A stretch of DNA of 43,745 nucleotides from Chiloscyllium plagiosum (taxonomy: Eukaryota), in the NCBI RefSeq assembly GCF_004010195.1, contig NC_057753.1:2726898-2770642 (forward strand). The letters run 5' to 3'. Below are positions 12,355 to 24,377 of the stretch, one piece after another. A program made the translations under genes and the position numbers. The notes beneath the pieces are model-generated. The model had not been told where the DNA came from, searched no databases, and saw only the letters and a list, made by a program, of their open reading frames with translations. Within the stretch, counting starts at the first letter, position 1, and every line of letters starts with the position of its first letter.

Positions 12355-13744
12355 ATTTTATTGCTGCTTATCTGATTATAGACATGTGAGGATTTTTGTA
12401 ATTTTGATAAAAGCAGACAGTCGTGTGAAATCACTCTGTGTGTAACATGGGATGGAAGAGGATGTGTGCTGCAATGTACAATACTTCCAATGCTAAATAA
12501 ATCGTTTTTCGCATTTCATCACTTTAATGTACGTACAGTGGACATTTCGTTCCATTCTGGATGCCCTATAAATAAAAAGATTGATGCAAGAAATTAATAA
12601 CTGAATCAGAAATCTATTGTCTTCGATGTTAAATGACGATTTGCTGAAACTGGAGCCTGAATTACAAGCAATGTTTGCGAGTTCAACATATGGATCTATG
12701 TAAAACATAACAATGATAACAGGATGAAACGATTTGATGAGGTGAAGAATAAATCAATTGACTTTCTCCCCTTCAGTATCTCAGGGTCACACTGATTTTT
12801 CTTTCGTTCCTTTGAGACCAGAGTCTCTTCTAAGACCACTGAATCGCCAGTGTGTTTGACAGCTGGAACATTGACCAGTGAATTCAGAATACACAGGCAT
12901 AGAGCTTTTAAATGTAAATGTAAACCCGTTCGGACATATGTACGTGATGGGAAAGCAATGGCCTTTATGCTGCAGAACTGGAAATGGTGTTAATTATGTG
13001 CATAGCTTCCTATTGAAAATATAAAGTGCCAATTTTGCACAAGCCAGGATGAAGAATACCGCCATAATTCGCGCTCCCATTCATTGCACTGCAATGCCAC
13101 CATTGTGTAAGGGCTGTTAGTCCCATCTCACCTCTGGAATTCTGCCCTTGTCTCCATGATTGCAACAAGACCTTAGTGAGATCAGGAGCTGAATTACACT
13201 GGTGGAACACAACTTGCGTTTCAATGAGCAGGTAAAAGCTTAGCAGCTCTTTCCTAGCACTGTTGATCAAACACTCCATAAGTGACGATGGAGAGTAGAC
13301 TGAACGGACGGTAATTGGTTGTGGTGGACATGTCCTGATTTTTCTGTACTGGCCATATCCGGGTGCTCTCCCAAAGTTTCGGGAGATAGCTGTATTGTGG
13401 CTTCAGCTCTAGCTTGGCTGAGAGTACTACAGATTCTGGAGCACAAATCTTCATTACGAAAACCGCAATGTTATCAGAATCCAAAGGCTTTGCCATCTCT
13501 ATTATCTCCAACTGTATCTTTAAAGCATTGTGGACAATCTAGAAACAAAGAAGGGTTTATATCAAAATAACACATACATTGTTTGTTTATGTAACAGTCT
13601 TGAACTGTCACGTGCCAGACTCTTAGTGAAAATTCGCTTGCGTGAATGAAGTGCTGCTGATAAACAAATCACTCTTAAAATCCTGCTGTGAAAGCAGATT
13701 ATTCGGAACATCGAGTCGAAACCCAGCCAAACAGAACCCCAACT

Positions 13745-14450
13745 GTTTCACTGCATTTCCCACGGCCATTCCACCTCAACTGCAAATATTTGGACTGTTA
13801 GAGGAAAGTACAGGACCTGGAGGAAACCCCTGCTATTGCAGGGAGAATGTGCACCTCTACACAGACAGTCGCCCAAGGGAGGATTCCATAATGTCATAAT
13901 ATATAAAAGCTGAAATTAAGCCATTCTGCCAATCAAATCTTCTCCACCATTCCATTGTGTCTGATAGTTCTTTTTCAACCCATTTTCCTAACTCCTTCCC
14001 TTAGCATTTCATCCCGTTGGTAATCAGGAATGGATCTATCTCTTTTTTAACTATGCTCAATGCCCTCGAAGACCATTGCCTTCTGTGGCAATGAATTCCA
14101 TAGATTTAGCAATCGCAGGCTGGAGAAGTTTGTCTTTATCTCCGTTTTTAAGAGTTTTCCCTTTAGTCTAATGCAGTACCCTCACGTCGTCCTCTATCCT
14201 ACCAATGGAAACATCTCCTTCGTGGTCAATCTGTCCAAGTCATTCAGTATTCTGTAGGTATCAATCAGACCACTTATCATCATTCTAGACTTGAACGAGT
14301 ATAGTCTCGGCTTCCTTGAACGTTCCTCATATGTTAAGCTATACATTCCTGGGATCGTTCTCGTGAACCCCCACTGGGGCTCAGGGTCAATACATCATTC
14401 CTGAGGTATGCTGGCAAAATCACTCCCATTAGTCTAAATGAACTCTGATT
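13745..14450 (-). mobile_element. Old SINE remnant (~13745-13885) followed by an old CR1 3' fragment
   Basis: SINE central-domain remnant 'tttggactgttagaggaaag...acagacagtcgcccaagg' and CR1 3'-end-like sequence. Shared with ~25850-26370 and ~35660-36075. Confidence 0.6.
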
Positions 14451-16119
14451 GCGAACTAATGCTCCTGGCTCTGTGAAACAACAGTGCCGACAAAGTAGCC
14501 ACCATGCCACAAGTCGATTCAGGCTTCCAAGCCTGCTTCCGTTGTATGATCTACGGTTTATCCAGAAAAATACGCTAATGGAGACGATTGCAGTGTGTGA
14601 TTCTCGCTGTACTAATAGATCCAGTCTAGTGTCCCATGTTCGAATTTGCCATGACAGATGGCGGAAAATGAATTCAATAAAAGTCAGAAATTAAAAGTCT
14701 CAAGATGACAGTGAATCCAGTTTCGATTGTTGGGGAACAACTATCGGGCCCATTATATACTTTACAGAAGGAAGCTGCCATCCTTTCTTGATTTGCCTTC
14801 TATTTAGTTATAGCTAACTGGAATTCCGATTATCTCCAAATCAAACATACACAACAACTGTATTGGATAACATACGCAATGGCAATGACTTGACATAAGA
14901 CCTTTCGACGTACTTCAACTGCTGTCTCCATGAACGGCACACAAATATTAAGAGATTACTCATACGCTCGAAGATAAATTTTCGAGCAATAAACAGGAGC
15001 ACCAACCTTTATGGAAAATAGTTGATGTTTGAATATGCAACTGTACTTGGAATAAAATGTCTATGAAATTGGAATCCGAAATTGGCAAGACAACAAAAAA
15101 AAGCAAGGATTGAAGAAACTTCAAACATTTTCTACTCGGATGAAACAGCAGAAAAAAATCGGTTGTGTTTCTATATGATTGATTTCAGATTAAAAGTTGC
15201 TAAAATATATTTGCATTTTTCCTAAAAACAGCGTTGTCAATGATTGAAAAATCATTCTCTTCTGACTGGTTCTGGAAGCCTAAAGACTGAAATTTGGAGA
15301 TTTGTAAACAATACAGCAGAAAATAATTTCACGAATTTGAAGCAGAAATTAAATGACTATGATGTTTGATATTAACGTGTAATGGCAGTGAAGAATGCAA
15401 ATGATATGTTGGCGATCATAATGGATATAATTATGTGGAGTTGCGCGTGTTGGTTTTGGGCGGACAAAATGAAAAAGCACCCAGCAGCAGGTTATCGTCA
15501 AAGTTTTGGACTCGACTTATGTTATGTGATGTTTAACTTCATAATGGAAGGATAGAATACAGCAGCAGGGATGTATTTTGGCTTTTGAATAGTACTTTAG
15601 AGAGACCACAGAATATTTTGTTTGTGGAGAGAACGCAACAGTTATTTGCCAGAATGGTTCCTAGGAGAGTAAGCCTGTCACATAAAGAGAGACTGGATCA
15701 GTTAGAACTGAATATGCTGCCGCTAGAATCAAAGGGAATCTCATAGAAAACTATGACAATCTCGTACGAGTCGACAGAATCAAAGAGAAAGGATGTTCTC
15801 AATAACCAAGGCAGTATCCAAGTGTCGAATGGACTATTCCTGCTTCACATTTCGATGTTTCTCGGCAGACACACAACGGGTTTGAGGCTTTATCGCTCTT
15901 CCACTGTGGTCACATGTCCTGAATAATGATCACATGCGGAAGTTTGCAGAGATTGCATGGAAGTTTCTCCTCGCACGCAACGGTGAAAACGAAAGCGTTG
16001 ACTTTAACTCAATATCCAGGCAGTCACTGTCTCTTTCCAGAAATGTCATTGGTAAGTCTTTTGGTCTCAGCATACATCACGTTAGAAATATCACCAAGGT
16101 AAATAATTCATCCATGAAA

Positions 16120-16276
16120 ACATAAACACTACCTGAGCAACAGCTGCGCGGATCTGTTTGCTACAAGGACTTTTACAAAACTTAATGAACTAACGAACTC
16201 TCCAGAGACTGGAATGGGCTATAAATATCACAGTGAAACACTGAAGTTCTGAACGAGCTCACAGCATCTGATAGAA
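16120..16276 (+). promoter_or_regulatory. Putative core promoter/5' UTR of GPCR copy 1; TATAAA at 16220-16225
   Basis: TATAAA lies 57 nt upstream of the ATG, the same spacing as in copy 2. The ~150 bp block is conserved between the two paralogs. Confidence 0.55.
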
Positions 16277-19153
16277 ATGCATAAAGCACGAAAAGGTCTG
16301 CTGTTTGCCATTTGCTATCCCATCATTGGAGTAATCGGAGTTCCAGGTGAGTTACTGTGCCTTAGTAGTGACTGCATGAACGATGAAAGATACATGCCAT
16401 TAGAATCGCTTTCCATTTGTCAGCGACTCTCGCTCTTATTTTAATGTCTTCTCATTTCCCTGTCATCAGTACACTGGATATCATCTAACAGCGATAATCA
16501 TTTTTCACCAACCTCACATTACTTCATTATTTCAACTTCATGATCTCTCGCACTTCTATGCTTTTGACAAAATATGGCGGGATTAATCTGCATATTTTCC
16601 AACTTATTCAGTTTATTTCAAATTCTAAACCATAAGGCGTCTTCATTATGCGTAGATGATTTCATGTCTAGCAGTATTCTGTTTGTGGCAACACATACAG
16701 TTTCATTGTTCAAATTACACGATGCCTCCATTTCATGCTTACACCATACAAGGTAAATGTGGTGCTAATGCGCAATCGGTCCTGTTCCTGCAGTGAATTC
16801 AAATAATGTTATCATGGCGTCAATTCTATTCTTTTCTGGTATTGGCCCTGTTCTTAAGGATGCATTGACAAAACCTTATGCTGTGTGATTTAGTTTTGTC
16901 GTTGTACCGAAATTCACGTATCATTATCACAGAGCAAATTGCATGCTGTTCTATTATTCGCTTCAGATGTGGATAAGTTGCCACATTGTTCATAGTGTGA
17001 AACTGTAGATTTATTGTGGCATTCACAACTACATATAAGAAACAGGGTGAATTATTAATTGGGAATTATTAACAATAGAGTAATATATGAATAAATTGAA
17101 ATAAGAAAATTGATAATGAAACGACATATGAAACAGAGTTAATGACCAAATCTTAGTTATCAGTCTTTCTGAATATGTTTGATAACATTTCCGTTTCCAC
17201 GTTATCCTTAAACAGAACTTGAATCCAAATGTCCCCACCCAAGGTAACAACATCTATTCCACAATAACAAACCGAAATGATATTTGCATAAATTGGTGTA
17301 ATTGCATATTTATAGATCACTTATATGTGTCTTTTTCTTTCCGTTGTCCGCCTTTACAAAAGTCAATCATGCAACATGGTTGTCCCTCACAGCGTTCGCT
17401 GTTGCTGAGGGTTCTTTAATGACTGGCTTCCTTTCTGGTCGTTCTCTCGACAACACAAAGAAAGGTCCAGACGCCATCTTCATCATATTCTCCAGTAAAT
17501 CCTGCAAATTAAAGGAGCTCTCATTGCCATGATGTATGGATTCTTGCTTTAGTTGTCCACTCAGCAATGAAGTCAATTCTTGATCCACACAGTGGAGCAC
17601 GCGCATTGGGCTAGATTTTAAACAGGCTTTCCACTGTTTGCATTTCACCATCTGTAGTTATAGTTTGTCCACTCCATACCGACAAATCCCAATTTAATGC
17701 ATAGTATTGCTTTGAAAATTTCCAACTGAGACCGACCTAACATGATCTTTTCGAATTCGATGATAAAATTTTCGTCATTTTGCATTGATCTTGATCTGAA
17801 ATTTTTGAGTATCTTCACTGTTGACGTTAACCACAATGAATCATTTTAGATTAGCTTCATCAGTGCAGTCACCTTAAGTGTGCAGTATGACATATAAAGT
17901 GTCCTTCTTGATTTAACTGCTTATTCTCAGTTACTCTATCTTTAGATATTTCAAGATTTTCCACAATATTCTGTACAGTTCCTGCCAGCTGTCTTGATCA
18001 ATTTTAGAAGACGTTAAATTAATTTGGTTTTCTGCTGACTTTACTTGGTGGACATTCTCATCTGGAAGCCATCATAAATCGAAAACATACTCTGGCCAGC
18101 ATTCTGTACAATTCAGATTTTCCAAGATGAAACTCTCAAATTGACTAAGAGTAATTTTAAAAAGAATGTATTCTTTTGTGCTTAAAATCTGCAACATTAA
18201 TCTTTTTTCTCTCTTCCTCTCTGTGTCTGTTGCAGGGAACTTAGCAGTGATTGTGATCCTCTCTCAAAGAAGGTGCGGTATCTCCGGATGTATCGTTTGT
18301 TACCTGGTGTCAATGGCGGTGTCAGATCTGCTGCTCATAGTGACAGCTGCCATATTAAACCGTGCAGCTGGGATATATTTCCCCTTCAGTTTCCTCTCAA
18401 TCACGCCAGTGTGCAGTTTGCGTTCTGCAATTAATTATGGATTTAGTGATAGTTCTATTTGGTTAACAACCGCTTTCACCATTTATCGATTTGTAGCCAT
18501 TTGTTGTCAGACGCTCAAAATAACATATTGCACCAGGAGGATGGCAATGCGCGTTGTAGGAATTGTGATCATATTAAGTTGCATTAAAAATACATTTGTG
18601 TATTTTTATACATGAACCGAGGTACATTGTAAAAAATATACCTTGGTTCTGTAAGATAAAAGATGTATTTTTTACTTCACTTGCATGGACGATATACGAC
18701 TGGATTCGTTCAATTTTAACCACTTGCCTCCCATTCATTCTGATTTTACTGCTCAATGCTTTGACCGTCAGATACATTCTAGTGGCTAATAGAGCCCGCA
18801 GGAGACTGCAGAAGCAGAACATTGGAACGAATCAGAGCGATACAGAGCTGGAGAAGCGGAGAAAGTCAATCGTTTTGCTCTTTGCCATTTCAGTCAGTTT
18901 CATTCTGTTCAATGCATTGTACTTTATTACAATCCTGTATGTCCGCATCAGGAATCTTACTTATGCCCCAGGTTCCAATTTTAATCATTTCCTCTTTGTC
19001 CTCAATGAAAGTGCAATTATGCTTCAGTTTTTAAGTTCCTGCATTAACCCATTTATTCATGCTGGAACCGAAAACAAATTCAGAGCTGAGTTACGGAATG
19101 TGGTACAATATCCTTGGAGTCATTTCCTCAAAAGGTTGAAGATTAGAAAATAG
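16277..19153 (+). pseudogene. GPR139/GPR142-like orphan class A GPCR, probable pseudogene (exon 1 16277..16346, exon 2 18236..19153; +1 T frameshift at 18603-18607)
   Basis: Exon 1 encodes MHKARKGLLFAICYPIIGVIGVP and ends at donor CAG|GTGAGT. The acceptor is a polypyrimidine tract ending TTGCAG|GG (phase 1). The 7TM sequence is split between ORFs 18166..18615 and 18596..19153. It has TATTTTTATA where the intact paralog has TATTTTATA, plus DRF->YRF and NPFIY->NPFIH. Confidence 0.85.
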
Positions 19154-19317
19154 GCAATAGGATAAGAGCACAATGGTAGTGCCAGCAATTAGTAGTCTAG
19201 AGTTACAAACTGCGACTGAGAGCATACGTTGTGAAGTGCTACACGGAAGCAGGCCATTGCTATTAAATTCAAAATAGATAAATCGGGAAAATAATGCTAG
19301 ACTCAATAACAGTGACT

Positions 19318-19384
19318 GGATTAGTGGTGCTGGAAGAGCTCAGCAGTTCAGGCAGCATCCAAGGAGCAGTAAAGTCGGTGTTTT
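19318..19384. mobile_element. Short repeat-element fragment inserted in the 3' UTR/flank with a GTGACT target-site duplication
   Basis: GTGACT occurs at 19312-19317 and 19385-19390, while the paralog near 41164 has a single GTGACT. The insert shares 'cagcag-tcaggcagcatccaaggagcag' with the 37015-37166 element. Confidence 0.7.
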
Positions 19385-19641
19385 GTGACTTCTAAGTTCT
19401 CAGACAGCATCAAGCCCATTCACCGAGGGCCTCTATGGATGGAAATCTGCAAAGATCATCTGATTGCGTGTACGTCGGACGCCAATTCCTCTGAAGTGTA
19501 CTTGACAAAGAACTGTTCTCGAAGGTAGTCTGGATAACAATTGAGTTTAAGGACCACTGCGGACAGGAAATGATCGTGCCCTTCGAGAAATGTGTCCGGA
19601 TGACCAACTAACGAGTTGAAGCCTGGCCGGCTGCGAATTGC

Positions 19642-19647
19642 AATAAA
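19642..19647 (+). terminator. Candidate polyadenylation signal AATAAA (copy 1)
   Basis: Lies at the homologous position to the AATAAA at 41417-41422 in copy 2. Confidence 0.3.
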
Positions 19648-20806
19648 TTGATCTTCACTGTCTTCTGAAGATTGCAACGAGTTAATTGTCATTTCTACAA
19701 TCCCTCATTGCGAGGGAGTCGCAGTCGCCAAATTTAACACAGTTAACTTTCAGTATATATCAGGGTTCTTGTGGCTTGAATTAAATTCCTGCCTGCTCTC
19801 GAGATTTGCAATAACATAACCCTGTTGACAGATCTCCATCTCTAAGGGATTGAGTGCCACCTATCCCAGAGCTCCACAGCAAGCTTTCTAAACAGATTGA
19901 TTGGAAAATGTCATTGACCAAGACTGCTTGCCTTCAGCAACTAAACTGTAATGTAACATATTTTGATTAAACTTTCTCATGTTTAGCTGCATTACCATTA
20001 AAGCTGCTACTAACGTGCCAAAACAAAGTATTCCAGTGGATGAATACAATTTGTCCGTTTAACAGATTTGAAAGAGTAATCATACAAAATCAAACGACGG
20101 TCGCACACCACGAATCTTATTTATTTTTGTGTTGGCTCTGTAAAATGCGAAGCCATACATCTGAATGATTTGGGATACTAAGGGGGCTTTTAGCGATTGT
20201 GCTCACTAAATGGAGGCACATGGTTGTTCGATAAAAGTCAATATGCGCTGTTTGAGAAAATATCTTCAACGCCCATCACTGGACTGGTGGACAGTGTTGA
20301 GATAAAAGCAAAGGAGCTCGCAAAGTCGAATCCACCCCTTGAGTGATTTCCGCTATTTATTGAGATCATGTCTCATATGGGGGCATGATTGCACAAAACT
20401 CTTGCTATCTCTTGCTGAAAATAAAAACTATCTCAGATTTAAAACTAAGGATTGATCTATCATTAACTGCCGTTTGTGGAAGAGAGTTCGAAACAAGTAT
20501 TGCCCTTTGTGAATTGAGGTGCTTCTGAGCATCTTTCCTGACGGACTGGATCGAATTCTCAGACTATTCCCACAGTTCCTGAATCTCCAAACAATGGAAA
20601 TTGTTGATCTTTCCCTACTTTGTCTTGTTGTTGTTAATATATTGATGACTTCCATCAGATAACCACAGGGACTTCTAAACGAGAGAGAATTTATCTGGAG
20701 ACCCCGTGTTGTGTGTTAGACGCCCGGGTCCCTTCTTTATAAATCTAAGTTTAACAAATAAGCCAGATGAAACATGGTCTCATTCGCAGCTTTGAAGTTA
20801 CGATTT

Positions 20807-20995
20807 GGGGTGACATGATGGCTCAGTGGATAGCATTGCTGCCGCCCGGCGTCTGAGTTCAATTCCAGCCTCAGGCAAATGTCTGTGTCGTGTTTGCACA
20901 TTTTCCCCGTGTCTGCGTGGGTTTTCGCTGGGTGCTCCAGTTTTCTCCCACAATCCAAAGATGTGCAAACTCGGTGAATTGGCCATGCCAAATTC
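20807..20995 (+). mobile_element. 3'-truncated tRNA-derived SINE (HE1/V-SINE type)
   Basis: A box TGGCTCAGTGG, B box GAGTTCAATTCC and central domain TTTGCACATTTTCCCCGTGTCTGCGTGGGTTT. Confidence 0.8.
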
Positions 20996-21639
20996 ATTTC
21001 TTATTAATTTTGTCACTGTTCTTCACATGCTCAATGTATTTTTCTCATGCAGTCGTCTTTCACTGTCTCTCCAATTTCTCATCATATCGCTTTGGATCAC
21101 CTTTCGATCTGCTTTGCACGTGCATGCTTGGATTTCTTTCAAAATTCGACCATCAAACGTTGTACTAATTATCATTGAATTAGCAGTTGCAAATCTTCGC
21201 TGGTCAAGGAAGTAATATTACGTGGACTGCAAGGAACGGGGATCTATTCCGTGCTTTGGGTATTAGAGAGTTGTTAGCAACTGTGTCTATAAAATAAGAC
21301 CGAAATATTCTCATCCTCATTTTCACTCAAATTGAATTCATTCAGTCATTTCATTGCCACTGAGACACTTCACAAAATCGTCACCGAATCTACAGAAGAT
21401 TTAAAGAAGCTTTATTATTATTATACTCTGAATTTAGGCTTTTTTTTTGGTTATGACTTTTTTGTGGAGAACTAGGCAAGTGAGACCTCAACAATGCAGC
21501 ATATCACAGCCCACCACACCGCACCAAGCTAAGCGATTTGGCTGCACAGGTTTCACAGCTCTCACTTTCTCAAGATCGCCCATCTCTTGAGATAGAGTGA
21601 CTCTCTGGTGATTCCACTACTCGGCGTCTCTCTCTCATA

Positions 21640-22758
21640 AAAGGTCAGTTGAAGGTGAAAGGAGAAAAATGTAAACGGATCCAAGGGTCAAATTTTCCAG
21701 AAGGTGGTTTGTATATAGAACGAATAGTCAGAGGAAGTGACAGATTCTGGTTTAGTTACAACATTTGAAAGACAATTGAAGAGGTGCATGAATAGGAAAG
21801 GTTGAGCAGGCTTAGCCAGAAGCGTATGTCATATAGGATACCGAGAGATAGCCAATTGGATTCAAATTTGGCTCAAGGATGAGAAGCAGAGTAATGGTTG
21901 AAGGTTGTTTCTCGGACTGGAGGCCTGTGACTATCAGTGGTGTGCCAGAGGGATCAGTACTGGAACGTTTGTTATTTGTTAATTTCATAAATGATCTGGA
22001 TGTGAATGCACACGGCATGATTAGTAACCTATGGCTAATATAAATTAGGAGGTATCGTTGATAGTCTGAAAAATTATCATAAATTGCAGAGCGATCTTGA
22101 TCAGATTGGGGAGTGGGCTGAGGATTGGCAATTGCAATTCAATGCAGATAAATGTGAAGTGTTGCATTTTGGAAAGTCAAACCAAACCAGTACTTTCACA
22201 GTGAATGGTCAAGTCCTGTGGAGTGGTGTGGAACAGAGGGATATCAGAGTTCAAATACATAGTTCTTTTAACGTTGCATCATAGGTAGACAGGGTGGTGA
22301 AGAAAACATTTAGCATGCTGGCCTTTATCTGTCAAGGCATTGAGGAAAAGACAGTTTATCAATCATTGCTAACGTTGTACTTGAAGTACTGTGTACAGTT
22401 TTGGTGTTTCTGTTGTTGGAAACATTTTGTTAAATTAGAAAGAGTACAAAGAAGCTTTACTTGCATGTTGCCAGGACGAGTCGTTCTGAGTTCCATGGAG
22501 AGGTTTGCCAAGATGGGACTTTATTTCTTGGAACATAGGAGAATGAGGGTACCTCATTGAGGTGTACAGACTCATGACGGGCATAGATATGATGAATGTG
22601 TTTTGTCTTTTTTTTTCAAGGATGAGGATTTGAAAACTAAATGGCATATGTTTATGTTGAGAGGGGAGAGATTTAACATGGACTTGAGTGGAAAATTCTT
22701 CATCAGAGAGTGGTGTATATATGGGATGAGCTGCCAGAGTAAGTGGCCGACGCAGGTA
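21640..22758 (+). mobile_element. Old degenerate CR1 ORF2 3' part (two fragments)
   Basis: ORFs 22084..22284 ('WAEDWQLQFNADKCEVLHFGKSN...EQRDIRV') and 22294..22560 ('LKYCVQFW...LERVQRSFT'). Confidence 0.85.
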
Positions 22759-23258
22759 NNNNNNNNNNNNNNNNNNNNNNNNNNNNNNNNNNNNNNNNNN
22801 NNNNNNNNNNNNNNNNNNNNNNNNNNNNNNNNNNNNNNNNNNNNNNNNNNNNNNNNNNNNNNNNNNNNNNNNNNNNNNNNNNNNNNNNNNNNNNNNNNNN
22901 NNNNNNNNNNNNNNNNNNNNNNNNNNNNNNNNNNNNNNNNNNNNNNNNNNNNNNNNNNNNNNNNNNNNNNNNNNNNNNNNNNNNNNNNNNNNNNNNNNNN
23001 NNNNNNNNNNNNNNNNNNNNNNNNNNNNNNNNNNNNNNNNNNNNNNNNNNNNNNNNNNNNNNNNNNNNNNNNNNNNNNNNNNNNNNNNNNNNNNNNNNNN
23101 NNNNNNNNNNNNNNNNNNNNNNNNNNNNNNNNNNNNNNNNNNNNNNNNNNNNNNNNNNNNNNNNNNNNNNNNNNNNNNNNNNNNNNNNNNNNNNNNNNNN
23201 NNNNNNNNNNNNNNNNNNNNNNNNNNNNNNNNNNNNNNNNNNNNNNNNNNNNNNNNNN
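22759..23258. other. Assembly gap (500 N)
   Basis: Run of exactly 500 N. Confidence 0.99.
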
Positions 23259-24377
23259 TCTTCTTCTCTTTCCTCTGCGTTTAATCGCAAAGCCTTGCCT
23301 TTTGCCTCTAATTCAAGATGCTTCATTTGCAATTGAAATTTAGCCATCTCTAAAGGCTTTGATGGCGCTTCCAGCAAATTTAAATCCTGAACAGTTGCTG
23401 TAACTGTCTCTTCTTTCCTCACAGAAGGAGGCAGCTCCAGCTCCATCTTGTTTTCTAATTTCCACAGCTTGGCCTTAACCATCTTTTATAAACACCCCTA
23501 AATTTCTTCTTCTTCCCCAGAAAACTCTTGGTGACTGGAAGAGCCATTGCTATCCCAAGCATTCTTCAAACAAAGTAAATCAGCACGTGGAAAAAAAGAC
23601 CCTAACACCTACCACTCGCTGCTTCGATTCCAAAAACTCCACCTCCAGTTTGGAAGAACAATATAAATTCCACAAAGTGCCTGCAGTCCGCTATGGGATA
23701 GGCCGGATGGCTGAAAACATTTCCAGGAGGTAGTTATTCGACTTTAAGCGGGTGTACAATGGATATTCCAGGAGAGAATCAGCTGGTCAGACTATTTCGT
23801 GTTAAACAAAACAGCATTTTTCCAAGATTACTGAATGAAACACAAAAAAACAGAAAAAAGAATTCCGAATAGACATTTATTTTATCCGTCAACCCAACAG
23901 ACTATACTAACTTAATGATGTTGTTACACAAGAATTGCAACAATCTCCATAAACATTGCTTGACACAAAATGTAAATTCAAAGAAAGGCTGACAGGCTTG
24001 AGGTTAGAGTGAGAGGGGTGAGAGAGACAGATAGAGAGAAAGAGGGAGAAAGAGAGTCAGAGAGGGAGTGAGGGAGGAGAGAGAGGGAATCTCGTCGGAC
24101 ATGCTTCCAGCAGCCTTTCTTCACTGCACACACACATTCGACCACACCATGGAACAGCCGAACTGCGCTGAGAGAACTGCCCACTGCTTTTTCATGACAC
24201 AAGTGTGTGTTTTTCTTAACTTTAAAGTCTTCTGTCTGAGGAAGAATCTGTTAGCTGTAAACAAATTGTCTCTAAAATCCTTCACCTGAGACATTTCAGA
24301 ACCAGTGTCGTTTACAGCCTCTCTGAAGCAAAAACCCAAGGACAGCCTAACCTTGATAAAGGACCAGCTTCATTACA
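23259..24377 (-). mobile_element. Gypsy gag remnant + 5' LTR (third copy)
   Basis: ORF 22703..23482 ('LPPSVRKEETVTATVQDLNLLEAPS...FQLQMKHLELEAK') is homologous to 10781..11194. The LTR at ~23690-24377 is homologous to 11275-11930. Confidence 0.7.

Noticed and set aside
18166..18235. ATG at 18166 as the start of a single-exon GPCR (and GTG at 40104 or 18596)
   Set aside because: The segment is the intron's polypyrimidine tract. The ATG is not conserved in copy 2 (ACG), and the upstream 70-nt exon restores TM1.
18596..18615. Programmed ribosomal frameshift rescuing copy 1
   Set aside because: The paralog is in frame with one fewer T, and additional motif-destroying substitutions favour decay or a sequencing error.
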